The notes under the pieces are model-generated. The model ran no database searches. It was given only the letters and a program-made list of their open reading frames with translations, and was not told the origin of the DNA. Of a stretch of 64,000 nt of DNA, positions 1-9,445 are shown in pieces. The position numbers and the translations under genes were made by a program. The stretch comes from Desulfosudaceae bacterium (lineage in GTDB: Bacteria > Desulfobacterota > Desulfobacteria > Desulfobacterales > Desulfosudaceae), in contig CAXXDV010000003.1 in the NCBI GenBank assembly GCA_963674745.2, forward strand, positions 1,152,001 to 1,216,000. The letters run 5' to 3'. Position 1 is the first letter of the stretch. Every line of letters starts with the position of its first letter.

Positions 1-933
1 AAGTGTAATAGGGGCTAGTTTGTTCGTCTCTCCATCGTTTTCAGCCTCTGCACTTTCAATGTTCTCTGGTTCAATAGGATGACAGGGTTTATTAACCTCT
101 TTTCGTATATTTAATGCTTTATTCCAGATTGCATTAAGTTTTTCTAAGAGCTCAGGCCCATCGCAGAACTTACTGAGTAGTCTTGCTTTGAGTACATCAC
201 TTTTTTCCAACTGCTTACCGGTAGAATTAACAAGATCATAGTATTTATACAGGGATTGTGGAATAGCGCTTTTCTCAGATTTTTGCGGTACCTCGACGGC
301 AAATAGAATGACATTCTTTGCTAACCATTTGGAATATTGTTGTATTGCCAAATGGACTCCTGCACCTTCTGGAATAAAATTTTCTTTAATAAAGTTTTTA
401 ATCGTATCAAGAGCCTGGGCAAGATAATCCGTAAGTCGGACGGTATCAGCTTGCTGGCCCTGTATATCAGAGGGCCGAAATTCACCTGTTTTAATAAGGG
501 CCCCGAAACTATGCTTAATGTCTTCCCGGGTGACAAAAGTCAGACGCGATTCATTTTGATGGTAAAGAAACGCGTCAAAAATTTCTTTGTTCTCTAAAGG
601 TGTTCTGTTTTTAAAATATGCACAAAGAATCGTAAGAGTGGTAAGTCGTTGTTGCCCGTCCAAAACGTCAAAACCGCTATCTTCTGGACGGGCTACCAAT
701 GATATTGTTCCCAGGTAATACTTATCGACCTTGTCATCTCGCCACGCTTCACATAAGTCCCTAAGCAAGTCGTTGACCTGTTCGCGCCCCCAGCAGTAAG
801 GACGCTGGTATATAGGAATCCACAGCTTGGATATTCTTTTCCCCTGGTTGCTGCTTAGAACCCTGGCATTATCAAATGCGTCAATGCAAATGCCTGCATT
901 TCCCGGGCTTATTTTTCCTTCCATATACGCCAT
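1..933 (-). CDS. DUF262 (GmrSD/ParB-like NTPase) domain protein; 3' end runs off the window
   Basis: Not in the ORF track. Manual translation from ATG 933 (or 924) is open to base 1: MAYMEGK...LWIPIYQRPYCWGREQV...YYLGTI...VLDGQQRLTTL...YDLVNSTGKQLEKSDVLKARLL, the DUF262 QR/DGQQR/N..G..L motifs. Overlaps the stop of the upstream gene. Confidence 0.85.
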   Translation of the reverse strand, partial: MAYMEGKISPGNAGICIDAFDNARVLSSNQGKRISKLWIPIYQRPYCWGREQVNDLLRDLCEAWRDDKVDKYYLGTISLVARPEDSGFDVLDGQQRLTTLTILCAYFKNRTPLENKEIFDAFLYHQNESRLTFVTREDIKHSFGALIKTGEFRPSDIQGQQADTVRLTDYLAQALDTIKNFIKENFIPEGAGVHLAIQQYSKWLAKNVILFAVEVPQKSEKSAIPQSLYKYYDLVNSTGKQLEKSDVLKARLLSKFCDGPELLEKLNAIWNKALNIRKEVNKPCHPIEPENIESAEAENDGETNKLAPITL

Positions 934-2288
934 ATCTCGTTTTGAATGTGAAAGCCACTATCATCTTCTATTGGCTGCTCTTCCTGAATTTCTGCAGTCT
1001 CGTATTCATCAGGGCTGACGCCTAAACTCAGATTCCGGAGCATTTTATTTATATACCGCAATCCGGACTTATAAATATTTAGTGATTCCAAGTGGTTGAT
1101 TTGCACTCTCGATTCTTCGATGCGGTATAGGGCCAGATTTGTGTACACAACTTCCATTAGATGCTGAAAAGTTTGAGATTCGCTGCCGAACAAATCATCC
1201 AGATATACGGCAATGCTTATTGTGATCCAGTCCAGCCGGCGAACACTTGTGTGACTCAAGACACGCCAATTGTCAGTAGAAAGCCAGCTACTGAACTTAC
1301 AAGATTTTCTTAGATCGCGCCATCGTTTATGGTAATGATCAATATACCTGAAAAAGAGTTCGCCGGATTCCAGCGGCATGGTCATGTGCCCCAGCCAATC
1401 AGGTTTTTTCGTTTTAGTATGATTTAAAAATCCAGAAGTTCCAAAGGAGAGAGATGCAGTACGTAATGGTATTGCAAAATGGGTAGTGCCGGGCTGCTTC
1501 TTTAGTATACGTTTGCTGGCGAATTCATCCTCTACTTTAGAACGGTTGTAATAATCGGTTTGTTCTTCACTGTGAAAATATGGTGTGCTTTCCCCCCTTG
1601 CCCAACGCCGGATCGAAAGCAGACAGCTGAAAAGATAATACGTCAGCGTTAGAGTTTCCCCCTCATTTGTCGAATAGTTCTCCAGCTTATTCCATAATTC
1701 GTCCATTTCGACAAGCGCTCTGTCGCCAGGGCCTGCGAGCTTATTTTCCCACATTTTTTGGAGGTGTCGTGCTTTGAGAAGGTCTTTTGAAAGGGCTCGC
1801 TTGCCGGCGGTGTTCTGAGCATCAAAAAATGTAAACGCCAAGTCCAGGTTTCGGACTGTTGTTTGTTGTATATACATTTTTGTCCAGTTATCTGGGATGT
1901 CTTCACTATGTTTTTGAATGGTGTCCATTGCTGTTTTTAAATAAGAGCTACTGCTCTTTTGATTATGTGCTTCCTCGTAGTGGAGTTTGTTTAGCCAGTT
2001 ACTTGAAGAATTTTTCTCTGATGACATTTCGGAAAGGATAAGCAGAAAGCATATCAGTCGCTGTTGACCATCAACAACATAGTTGTTGGATCGATCTTCG
2101 TGAATAATAAAATTTCCCAAAAAGTGACAATCTTCATCAATGATAGTTTCCAAAAGTGCGTCAACGTGCTTAGCCTCCCATTCGAACGACCGCTGGTAAG
2201 ATGATATTGTAAACACTTTACTACCGGGATTCAAAAAATCCTCGAGTGTCAACAATTTAACTTCAACTTCGGGTAGTTTTTGTTCCAT
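909..2288 (-). CDS. DUF262 domain protein with uncharacterised C-terminal region
   Basis: ISSYQRSFEW, FLGNFI, VVDGQQRL, FFDAQNTAGKRALSKDLLKARHL motifs; AT-rich. Confidence 0.85.
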   Translation of the reverse strand: MEQKLPEVEVKLLTLEDFLNPGSKVFTISSYQRSFEWEAKHVDALLETIIDEDCHFLGNFIIHEDRSNNYVVDGQQRLICFLLILSEMSSEKNSSSNWLNKLHYEEAHNQKSSSSYLKTAMDTIQKHSEDIPDNWTKMYIQQTTVRNLDLAFTFFDAQNTAGKRALSKDLLKARHLQKMWENKLAGPGDRALVEMDELWNKLENYSTNEGETLTLTYYLFSCLLSIRRWARGESTPYFHSEEQTDYYNRSKVEDEFASKRILKKQPGTTHFAIPLRTASLSFGTSGFLNHTKTKKPDWLGHMTMPLESGELFFRYIDHYHKRWRDLRKSCKFSSWLSTDNWRVLSHTSVRRLDWITISIAVYLDDLFGSESQTFQHLMEVVYTNLALYRIEESRVQINHLESLNIYKSGLRYINKMLRNLSLGVSPDEYETAEIQEEQPIEDDSGFHIQNEIWRIWKEK

Positions 2289-2532
2289 AATACTACTCGG
2301 TGGTTGATGTGGATTTCAGTTAATGTCCTTTTAATAATCCTATCAATCTATCTTATTAAAATCAATGGTCTCACAGCACATCACCTTCGGCAGTTTCACT
2401 TCCGCCAATGCGTTCTGGCGCAGTAGGTACGCGTGTTATCAAATATTCATTTTTTGCTTTTAGGGATGACATCATTCAGGCAATTAAAATGAAGTTGTGA
2501 GGAGGTGGTTTCCGTTAAGTATAGATCTATCA

Positions 2533-5500
2533 TTATTGAACGACCTCCACCAGATAGCCCGCCACCGGATAATGTAGTTTTTTCACCAAAGGATTGTCGG
2601 TGATCCCCTTTAAACAATCCTCATACGCCTCCAATTGCCCAAAATATTCTTCTGACCTTTTTTTTAGTTCTGCCTGGTTTCCAGGGAAAGCCTTGTGGTC
2701 GATGATGATCAGTTGATCCGGGGTTTCCAGAAGCAGGTCGATAAAGCCGGAGATCAGGATGCCGTTGTCCAGGCGATGGAGGATGGGCACTTCTTTTTTC
2801 CAGGTGGCGTTGGGGTATGTTTTGTCGACCCATGCTTTGAGGGCATCGGCGGATTTTAACAGGTCTTCGGGTTTTAAGCTGCCAGCGACCTGCCAGCGGG
2901 TCAGAATATCTTTTGCCATTTGCAGGCGGGCTTTCTTGTCAAGATCGGTGTTATCGGCGGCATAAAAAGTGTGGATGGCTTCGCCCAGGGCGGTCATGTC
3001 GGGGGTGCCGTTCAGGGGCAGGCGGTCGCCGATTTTCTTCAGGGAGAGGATTTGTCCGTCTCCGGTAATGGAAGAAGGGGATAAGCGGGCAGGGGGGTGA
3101 TCGATTGGCTTTACCGGCGGGTAATCCCGGCCGGATTCAATTTTGCGGGTTTCGGGTTCGGCCGGTTCCAGGGTGCGGGTGTGGATTTTTATTTCTTTAC
3201 CGGCCCAGGTGGCTTTGCTTTTATCCGGGGGGCAGAGCAACCAGTTATCTTTATCGTCTTTGAGCATGCCGAGGATGCCGTTGGCGAATTCCTTTTCCCG
3301 TCCGGCCAGGATGAGGCGGTCCCGGGCGCGGGTCCAGCCCACGTAAAGCAGGCGGAGTTCCTGGCGGTTTTGCTGGCGGGTGGTTTCTGCCATGGTGGGG
3401 TGGTCTTGCAACCGGTCGTGAAAAGCCGAATTTTTTGTCCGTTCATGATAGGGAGAAACCCAGAATCGAAGGATGCGGTCGGCCAGGGGGTTGTCCAGAT
3501 TAAAGCGCTGCCAGTTGCTGATGACCTGAACACCCAGGGCGTTGGGGTCAAAGGTTTTGCCGATCTGGTTTAAGACGGTGATGGGCCATTCCAGGCCTTT
3601 GCAGGCATGCCAGGTGACGATGGTGACGGCGTTCTCGCCGGTGACCGGGGCCCGGGTGTCTTCTTCATTGGCGTTAAGGTCGTAGAGGTGGGCGATGAGA
3701 CCGGCCGGGGTGCAGCCGATGCCTTCTTCAAAACAGGTGTTGATGTAGTTCTGGGCGTGGGCCTTGAGCGAATCCAGGTTGGCAAAACGTTCGGCGGCAT
3801 CGCCCCAGGCCAGGCACCATTTGCGGATGTCCAGGGCCCGGCAGACCAGGTCCAGGCTTTGTTCTACGCCGGCGGAGGGGTAGGTTTTGGCCTGAGCGGC
3901 TATGGCCCGGTGTTCCGGCAGGTCGGCAAAGGCCTGGTTGCCGGGGTTTTTCAGGAGGGCCTCCAGCCATTGGGCCGGGGCCTTTGAGAAGTGAAGCAGG
4001 CGGGCCAGTTCGGCCGCGGCCAGGGAGTCTCTGTCATCGACCCACAGGCGCAGGCCGGCCATGACGGCCATGATCTCCGGGGTGGTGAGCAGGCCGGTGC
4101 GGGGCAGGGCGGCCCGGATGTTGAGGCTTTCCAGGGCGGCGGCGGTTTTACGGCAGATGGGATGGGTGCGGCAGAGGATGGCGATGTCGCCCGGTTTTAC
4201 CGGTCGGGCGGGGTTGGTGGATTTGTCCCGGACCTTTGCATTGGGGTCGTTTAAGAGTTTGCGGATGCCGCCGGCCAGGGCAAAGGCGTCTTCGTCCTGG
4301 ATTTTGGCGGTTATGGTCCACCATTCGACGGACGGGCCCAATTGTTTGTCGTCTTTGGGTTTGGCGGGTGAGAGACGCACCCATTCTTCGGGTATGCCGT
4401 GTCGGGCAAAGGCCCGGCTGAAGATATCCGAAGTGAGTTTGACCAGGGGCGGCCGGCTGCGCCAGGATTTGTTCAAGGTTTCGGGTTTGCGGGTTTTGAC
4501 GATTTCGGCCAGGCAGGTGTCCATCAGGGCCGGGTCGGTGCCGCGAAACCCGTAGATGGATTGCTTCTGGTCACCCACCCAGATGGTTTCTTTACTGATG
4601 TCGGCCAGCTTGAGGAGGATGGCCAGCTCGATGGGGCTGGTGTCCTGAAATTCATCCACCAGCAGCAGATCGATGTGATCCTTCAGGCGGTTTATGACTT
4701 CGGGCTGGTCGAGCAGGTTGAGCATCAGGACTTCCTGGTCGGTAAAGTCCAATACACCCCAGAGTCGTTTGTGTTCCTCGTAGATATCCAGGGTGGCAAT
4801 GGCAATGTCAAAGACCCGGCAAATGGCTTCATCCAGGTCCTGTTTTAATCCGGGGTGGCTGTCATGGGATGCGGCCAGGTCTATAAGTCCTTGGGCTTTG
4901 TCGATGGATTTTTTGGTAAATTTCGGGGTGGACAGTTTATGCCATTGTGACCAGGACAATTTTCTGCCCTGTTGCAAGAGGGTTAAGGTGTTTTTGCAAA
5001 GTTCCAGGGCGTCTTTGGTTCCTTTGGTGGTGTCTGCGTCCGGGTCGATGGCTTCAATCACGGCCGCCAGTTCTTCGGCCAGGGCCTGATCCAGATCGGC
5101 TGTGGATGTCCGGCCGAGCAGGTCCTGGATGCTTTGACGGCTGTGGGCTTTGGACTTTTCCAGGTCGTCTGTTGTCAGGCCGTTGCTGCGGGCCAGGGAT
5201 ATGATTCTTTTGACCGCGTCAATCCATTTGAAGCTGCCCAGGCAATCTTCCAGCTCGGTCAGCCGGTGGGTAAGGTCCTGGGTGACCACGCTGGAAATGG
5301 CCCGGCGGACTTCCCGGTTGGCGGCGGTTTCGTCCAGCACGCCGGCCTCGGGAAAGATACCCTGTTCAAAGGCAAAATCGCCGATGAGGCGGCCGCAGAC
5401 GGAGTTGATGGTGCCCATGCGGGCGGCGGCCAGGCGGTTGGCTTCCTCGACCAGGTTTTCGGAGATGAGGCGTTGGCGGACCCGTTCGGACAGTTCGGCG

Positions 5501-5640
5501 GCGGCCTTGCGGGTGAAGGTGGTGGCGATGATGGCCTCCGGGCGGACAGCGCCGGCGGCAATGCGTTCGTGGAGGAGGGTGGACAGGCGGTAGGTTTTAC
5601 CGGATCCGGCCGAGGCGGTGATGATTTTTATGTTTTTCAT
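2533..5640 (-). CDS. UvrD/AddA-like SF1 helicase with C-terminal PD-(D/E)XK nuclease
   Basis: ASAGSGKT Walker A, VDEFQD, GDQKQSIYGFRG, HACKGLE, RLLYVGWTRARD, GFIDLL...IDHK. Start moved to ATG 5640 (MKNIKII) because the ORF-track start at 5667 lies in a repeat element. Confidence 0.9.
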   Translation of the reverse strand: MKNIKIITASAGSGKTYRLSTLLHERIAAGAVRPEAIIATTFTRKAAAELSERVRQRLISENLVEEANRLAAARMGTINSVCGRLIGDFAFEQGIFPEAGVLDETAANREVRRAISSVVTQDLTHRLTELEDCLGSFKWIDAVKRIISLARSNGLTTDDLEKSKAHSRQSIQDLLGRTSTADLDQALAEELAAVIEAIDPDADTTKGTKDALELCKNTLTLLQQGRKLSWSQWHKLSTPKFTKKSIDKAQGLIDLAASHDSHPGLKQDLDEAICRVFDIAIATLDIYEEHKRLWGVLDFTDQEVLMLNLLDQPEVINRLKDHIDLLLVDEFQDTSPIELAILLKLADISKETIWVGDQKQSIYGFRGTDPALMDTCLAEIVKTRKPETLNKSWRSRPPLVKLTSDIFSRAFARHGIPEEWVRLSPAKPKDDKQLGPSVEWWTITAKIQDEDAFALAGGIRKLLNDPNAKVRDKSTNPARPVKPGDIAILCRTHPICRKTAAALESLNIRAALPRTGLLTTPEIMAVMAGLRLWVDDRDSLAAAELARLLHFSKAPAQWLEALLKNPGNQAFADLPEHRAIAAQAKTYPSAGVEQSLDLVCRALDIRKWCLAWGDAAERFANLDSLKAHAQNYINTCFEEGIGCTPAGLIAHLYDLNANEEDTRAPVTGENAVTIVTWHACKGLEWPITVLNQIGKTFDPNALGVQVISNWQRFNLDNPLADRILRFWVSPYHERTKNSAFHDRLQDHPTMAETTRQQNRQELRLLYVGWTRARDRLILAGREKEFANGILGMLKDDKDNWLLCPPDKSKATWAGKEIKIHTRTLEPAEPETRKIESGRDYPPVKPIDHPPARLSPSSITGDGQILSLKKIGDRLPLNGTPDMTALGEAIHTFYAADNTDLDKKARLQMAKDILTRWQVAGSLKPEDLLKSADALKAWVDKTYPNATWKKEVPILHRLDNGILISGFIDLLLETPDQLIIIDHKAFPGNQAELKKRSEEYFGQLEAYEDCLKGITDNPLVKKLHYPVAGYLVEVVQ

Positions 5641-5647
5641 GTTATTC

Positions 5648-5770
5648 TGGCTTCGTAAAAAGTCCAATATCTGCGTTGCGCTGCATCTCTCGGAATTTCA
5701 CGTACTCTTATGTACGCTGCATTCCTCGAGATTTGCGACGCCTTGATCTTAAACTTTTTACTTTGCCATC
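5648..5770. repeat. ~120-bp MITE-like palindromic element with imperfect terminal inverted repeats
   Basis: Ends GGCTTCGTAAAAAGT...ACTTTTTACTTTGCC; internal arms TTGCGCTGCAT, CGTAC/GTACG; non-coding, sits between the addB-like and addA-like genes. Confidence 0.6.
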
Positions 5771-5913
5771 CCTATTTTGTTCTTTTTGGTTTCTGTATCT
5801 TTTGTCCTTATTGCTGTTGGAAGCACGGGCAAGCTGTCGCTTTGCCCGTGGCACCCAAATAAGTGTTTTTGGCTCTTAAAAAACGTGCAGCCGTTTTTAA
5901 AATGTCCGGCAGA

Positions 5914-6010
5914 TCTGGATCCCGGATCGGGGTCCGGGATGACGAGGAATGTGGTCAATTTTATTCTGGATCCCGGATCGGGATCCGGGATGACGTGGAA
6001 TGGGGTCATT
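5914..6010. repeat. Two tandem ~51-bp hairpin repeats (TCTGGATCCCGGATCGGGGTCCGGGATGACG family)
   Basis: Copies at 5914 and 5965; degenerate relatives near 10640, 11915 and 16358. Confidence 0.7.
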
Positions 6011-8590
6011 TTAATCCTCTCCGAATGACTGGCCGCAGAGGGCGCCCAGGTTGCAGAAAGCGCAGGGTGTAAGGGCCAGGCGGTCGTCGATGATCCGGCT
6101 TTCTTTGGGCGGGTCTTCGTCGTTGCCCGGGATTTGAATTTCGCCCTGGTCCAGTTCTTCATGAATAGATTTATAGGTGCTTTTTATGGCCGACCAGGTG
6201 TCTTCGGCATCCACGCCGTCAATGACGATGGCGTCAGAAAAGGCCCCGGGGTCGGTGGTGATCAGTTGGCCGGTTTTGAGCATGAAATAGGCGGCCGGGG
6301 GGAACGGGGCTTTTTCTTTTTTCCGGAGGAGGTGTCCGTAAATCGTCAGCTGGAGGCTGGTGCCGTTGGCCAGTTCGGTTTGGCGGTATTTGACCCCGCC
6401 GCGTTTAAAGTCGACAACCGCTTGCGGGGAGGCAAACACCAGGTCCGGCCGGCCGTTGAGTTTTATACCCAGGGAAGCGACTTTCTGTTCATAGCTTTGC
6501 TCCACGGCGTCAATGGAAAAGCCGACCCGGTCCATGAGCTGGAAAATCCGTTCGGCCGCGGTTACCGTGTTGCTTCGTACCCGGGCCCGCAGGTCGTCGT
6601 AGCCAGGTAGAAAAAACCTGGCTGCCAGGTACGGCCCCTGCTGGTCAAATATTTTGCCGGCGTTTTTTGTGGCGGCCCGGGGTGTCTGTTTGCCCTGTTC
6701 CAGCAGGCGCCTGAGAATTTCATGGATAAACCAGCCCTCCAGTTCTTCGGGCGACGAGAGCGAAGCGGACAGGCCGCTGGAAATGTTGCCCAGGTAGGTT
6801 GCCACCCAGCGAAAAGGGCAGGAAAAGAGGGCCGACAGGCTGTTGGGCGATTCGGTTTCGCGCTTGGTGACCAGGCCCGGATCGATGTGAAGCCCGGTTT
6901 CCGGGTGGGGCAGGGCAATTCTTTTGCGCTTTTGGGTGCCCGGTTTTGAAGGGGAATGGATTTCCTGTGCTTCCAGAACAGCGGGATTGGCGTTCTTTTT
7001 TAACCGGCCGATCAGTTCGTCCCACAGGGGGTGAGGCGATTGTGCGTCATTGGTGAGGCTGTTCTCCGGGCAGGCCAGGATGAGGCGGCTTTCGGCCAGC
7101 AGCAGGGGCCGCTGCCAGCGGGCGGCGTTGCGGATGGCCTGTCGGCCCGGATCGGGAAGGATGACGCCGATATCTTTTAATGACTGTCGTTCATTGTCGG
7201 AAAACGGATCGGTGAAAACAGACCCGGCGGCATCGCGGTTGAACGACCACCAGAGGATGTTCTCGGCGGGGGCAACCAGGCATTCGGGGTCATTGACGTG
7301 GGCCAGGCCGGCCTGGTGCTGGTACAGGGGCAGGGCATGGCTTTCAACGGTAATATCGTGGATGATGCGCCGGATCTGGGGCGCGGTAAACGATTTCAGC
7401 CCGGACAGGTCGATCATGCGCCCGGCGTTTTCAAGCTGGGCGATCAGGGGGTGCCAGTCAATATCCCCGGAAGTGTCGTTTCGTAACCGTCCCCGGGCCC
7501 AGGCACGCAGCAGTTCGATCCTGAGCCGGATCTCGGCGGCCGGGTATTGTTTGCCTCCGATGCTGGGGTTGAAAATGGCCTCCAACCGCTTTTTAAGGTT
7601 GTTGCGGCGATTGGTGTCGGTGATGTTCTGCAAACCGTCGGCCAGGGCCCGGTGCCAATCTTCGGATCCCACAGCCGGGTAGTTCTGTAGTGCGCGGATC
7701 AGCCTGAAGGCGATGGAACGGGGGATGGGGCTGACCGGCAGTATCAGCAACTCCAGGGCCCGCTGGGGGTCCGGCGGTGACCAGGCCATTTCAAGGACCA
7801 GGGGCAGGATTTGCCGCAGGGCGTTGTCATAGACCGGGACGCTGCCGCCGGTAGTGGGCAGGCCAAAGCGATACAGGGCGGCATCCAGGGTGTTGTCCGG
7901 GCCGATGATGACGGTGCGGTCCGGATTTGACAGGCCGGACAGCCAGGCGGCGGCTTCCTGGGCGGCCGCCCCCGGGGTGAGCGGCCGGAGAAGCTGCAGG
8001 GAACCGTCGCCGGAGGGCACAAAGGGCGATTTGCGGCAGGCGGCCAGGTCGCCACCGGGTTTGGCCGGTATAATGCCGTTGACCGAGACGGTGGTGCCTG
8101 TCTGTGCCAGGACGGTGATGACATGTTGCCAGGTTTGGGGCAGATCGGTCGGCGGTTCGAACAGGTTTAATCCGGCGATAACGTTATTACGCCCGGTGAT
8201 GGCATCCGCTGCCTGAAGCAGGCGGTCGGGGATGCCGGGCAGAACGTCGGCGGTGACCTGGGCCAGGGCCGGCAGCCGGCCTTTTGCTTTTTCGCCATGC
8301 CAGCCATGCAGCCGGAGATAATCCCGCCATTCCAGGATTTTGGCGGCCGTGCCAAAGGGGTCGACGCCGGCGGATTCGCTCCAGAAGCCGTTGGTGTCGC
8401 GAATGGCCGGCACCAGGGATGCCACGCGTACGGCCCGGGGCAGGCCGGGGCCGCGTAGACCGGTCATGGTTTCAACGGTGTTGAGCAGGCCCAAAGGGCC
8501 GACCCAGAGTTCCCCGGCGGTTGCTTTGCGGTTTGTCAGCGGGCCGGGCCAGTGGCCTTTGTCGAAGGCCATATCGAAAGTGAGTTTCAT
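6011..8590 (-). CDS. AddB-like PD-(D/E)XK nuclease with probable Fe-S staple
   Basis: SPNSLSALFSCPFRW, GRPDLV...VDFK, LQLTIY, C-terminal PCAFCNLGALCG (four Cys with the CPF Cys); inactive helicase-like N-terminus; adjacent to the AddA-like gene. Confidence 0.8.
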   Translation of the reverse strand: MKLTFDMAFDKGHWPGPLTNRKATAGELWVGPLGLLNTVETMTGLRGPGLPRAVRVASLVPAIRDTNGFWSESAGVDPFGTAAKILEWRDYLRLHGWHGEKAKGRLPALAQVTADVLPGIPDRLLQAADAITGRNNVIAGLNLFEPPTDLPQTWQHVITVLAQTGTTVSVNGIIPAKPGGDLAACRKSPFVPSGDGSLQLLRPLTPGAAAQEAAAWLSGLSNPDRTVIIGPDNTLDAALYRFGLPTTGGSVPVYDNALRQILPLVLEMAWSPPDPQRALELLILPVSPIPRSIAFRLIRALQNYPAVGSEDWHRALADGLQNITDTNRRNNLKKRLEAIFNPSIGGKQYPAAEIRLRIELLRAWARGRLRNDTSGDIDWHPLIAQLENAGRMIDLSGLKSFTAPQIRRIIHDITVESHALPLYQHQAGLAHVNDPECLVAPAENILWWSFNRDAAGSVFTDPFSDNERQSLKDIGVILPDPGRQAIRNAARWQRPLLLAESRLILACPENSLTNDAQSPHPLWDELIGRLKKNANPAVLEAQEIHSPSKPGTQKRKRIALPHPETGLHIDPGLVTKRETESPNSLSALFSCPFRWVATYLGNISSGLSASLSSPEELEGWFIHEILRRLLEQGKQTPRAATKNAGKIFDQQGPYLAARFFLPGYDDLRARVRSNTVTAAERIFQLMDRVGFSIDAVEQSYEQKVASLGIKLNGRPDLVFASPQAVVDFKRGGVKYRQTELANGTSLQLTIYGHLLRKKEKAPFPPAAYFMLKTGQLITTDPGAFSDAIVIDGVDAEDTWSAIKSTYKSIHEELDQGEIQIPGNDEDPPKESRIIDDRLALTPCAFCNLGALCGQSFGED

Positions 8591-8596
8591 AGGGAA

Positions 8597-8635
8597 AAAG
8601 TTTCAGGGTGTTAGAGTTTTAAGGTTTTAGGTGTC
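8597..8635 (+). repeat. G/T-rich degenerate 8-mer run (GTTTTAGN-like)
   Basis: aagtttcagggtgttagagttttaaggttttaggtgtc. Confidence 0.55.
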
Positions 8636-8929
8636 GGGCACGTAACTTCCCTCTTTTCTCTTTGTTGAATGACGGTTTTCTCCGTTATGTTTTATTATTA
8701 CCATGTTCTTTGAGGCGGCTCAACAGTTCCTCAATATTGAATGGCGTTACCCCCGGATCCAGGACCTTGTCCGGGGTGGGGTTGCCGGAAAGGCAGATTA
8801 TCTAATGTAAATAAGATATTTCATAAACTTGTTCCATTAGGCGGAATGAAAAGACGGATAAATATATCTGGATTCCGGCTTGGGGGCAGGGGTGACGAGG
8901 AAATGATGTTTTTTTTTGGTGGTTTATCT

Positions 8930-9283
8930 TCAGTCTTTTATCCACTTGAAATATACGCAGCCGATTCTTTTTTCTCCATTTTCATAGCCTTTAATCGTAT
9001 AGGTCGCTCCGGAAAAGTCGATGGATTCGTAAATTTTGCCATGTTCAAAAAAATCGGGACCATGGGGGCATTTTTCTTCTACGCAACCACAGCCGATATA
9101 TCGAAGACGGCGTTGACATTTTCTGATTTGAAACAGTTTTTCTACCAGTTCCGGTTGATAATGGGCAATGATCATTTTGACTGTTCTGGCCATTATTAAA
9201 GGGCAGTCGCGAATGGCCATTTCCAGTACCAGTTGGAATTTTTCTTCGTTTTCAAATCCTTCATATTGGTTACGGGTGTTCAT
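8930..9283 (-). CDS. Hypothetical protein, 117 aa, with CxCx4C cluster
   Basis: ATG preceded by GGAGG RBS on the minus strand; IGCGCVEEKCPHG. Confidence 0.65.
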   Translation of the reverse strand: MNTRNQYEGFENEEKFQLVLEMAIRDCPLIMARTVKMIIAHYQPELVEKLFQIRKCQRRLRYIGCGCVEEKCPHGPDFFEHGKIYESIDFSGATYTIKGYENGEKRIGCVYFKWIKD

Positions 9284-9374
9284 GGGGGCCTCCGTTTTTA
9301 TGGATGGGCACCCACAAGGGGTGCCCCAACGTGATCTTGCGTTCTGCGTCTTGCAGAAGGTGCCAGGGGTCGGT

Positions 9375-9418
9375 TTGACAAAAACAATGTTGCACGCTAT
9401 TGTTCCATAATATGGAAC
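9375..9418 (+). promoter_or_regulatory. Sigma70-like promoter of the WYL gene with overlapping palindromic operator
   Basis: TTGACA (9375)-N17-TATTGT (9398); perfect palindrome GTTCCATA-A-TATGGAAC at 9402-9418. Confidence 0.6.
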
Positions 9419-9445
9419 GACAAATCATTTTTTCAGGGGGAATGT

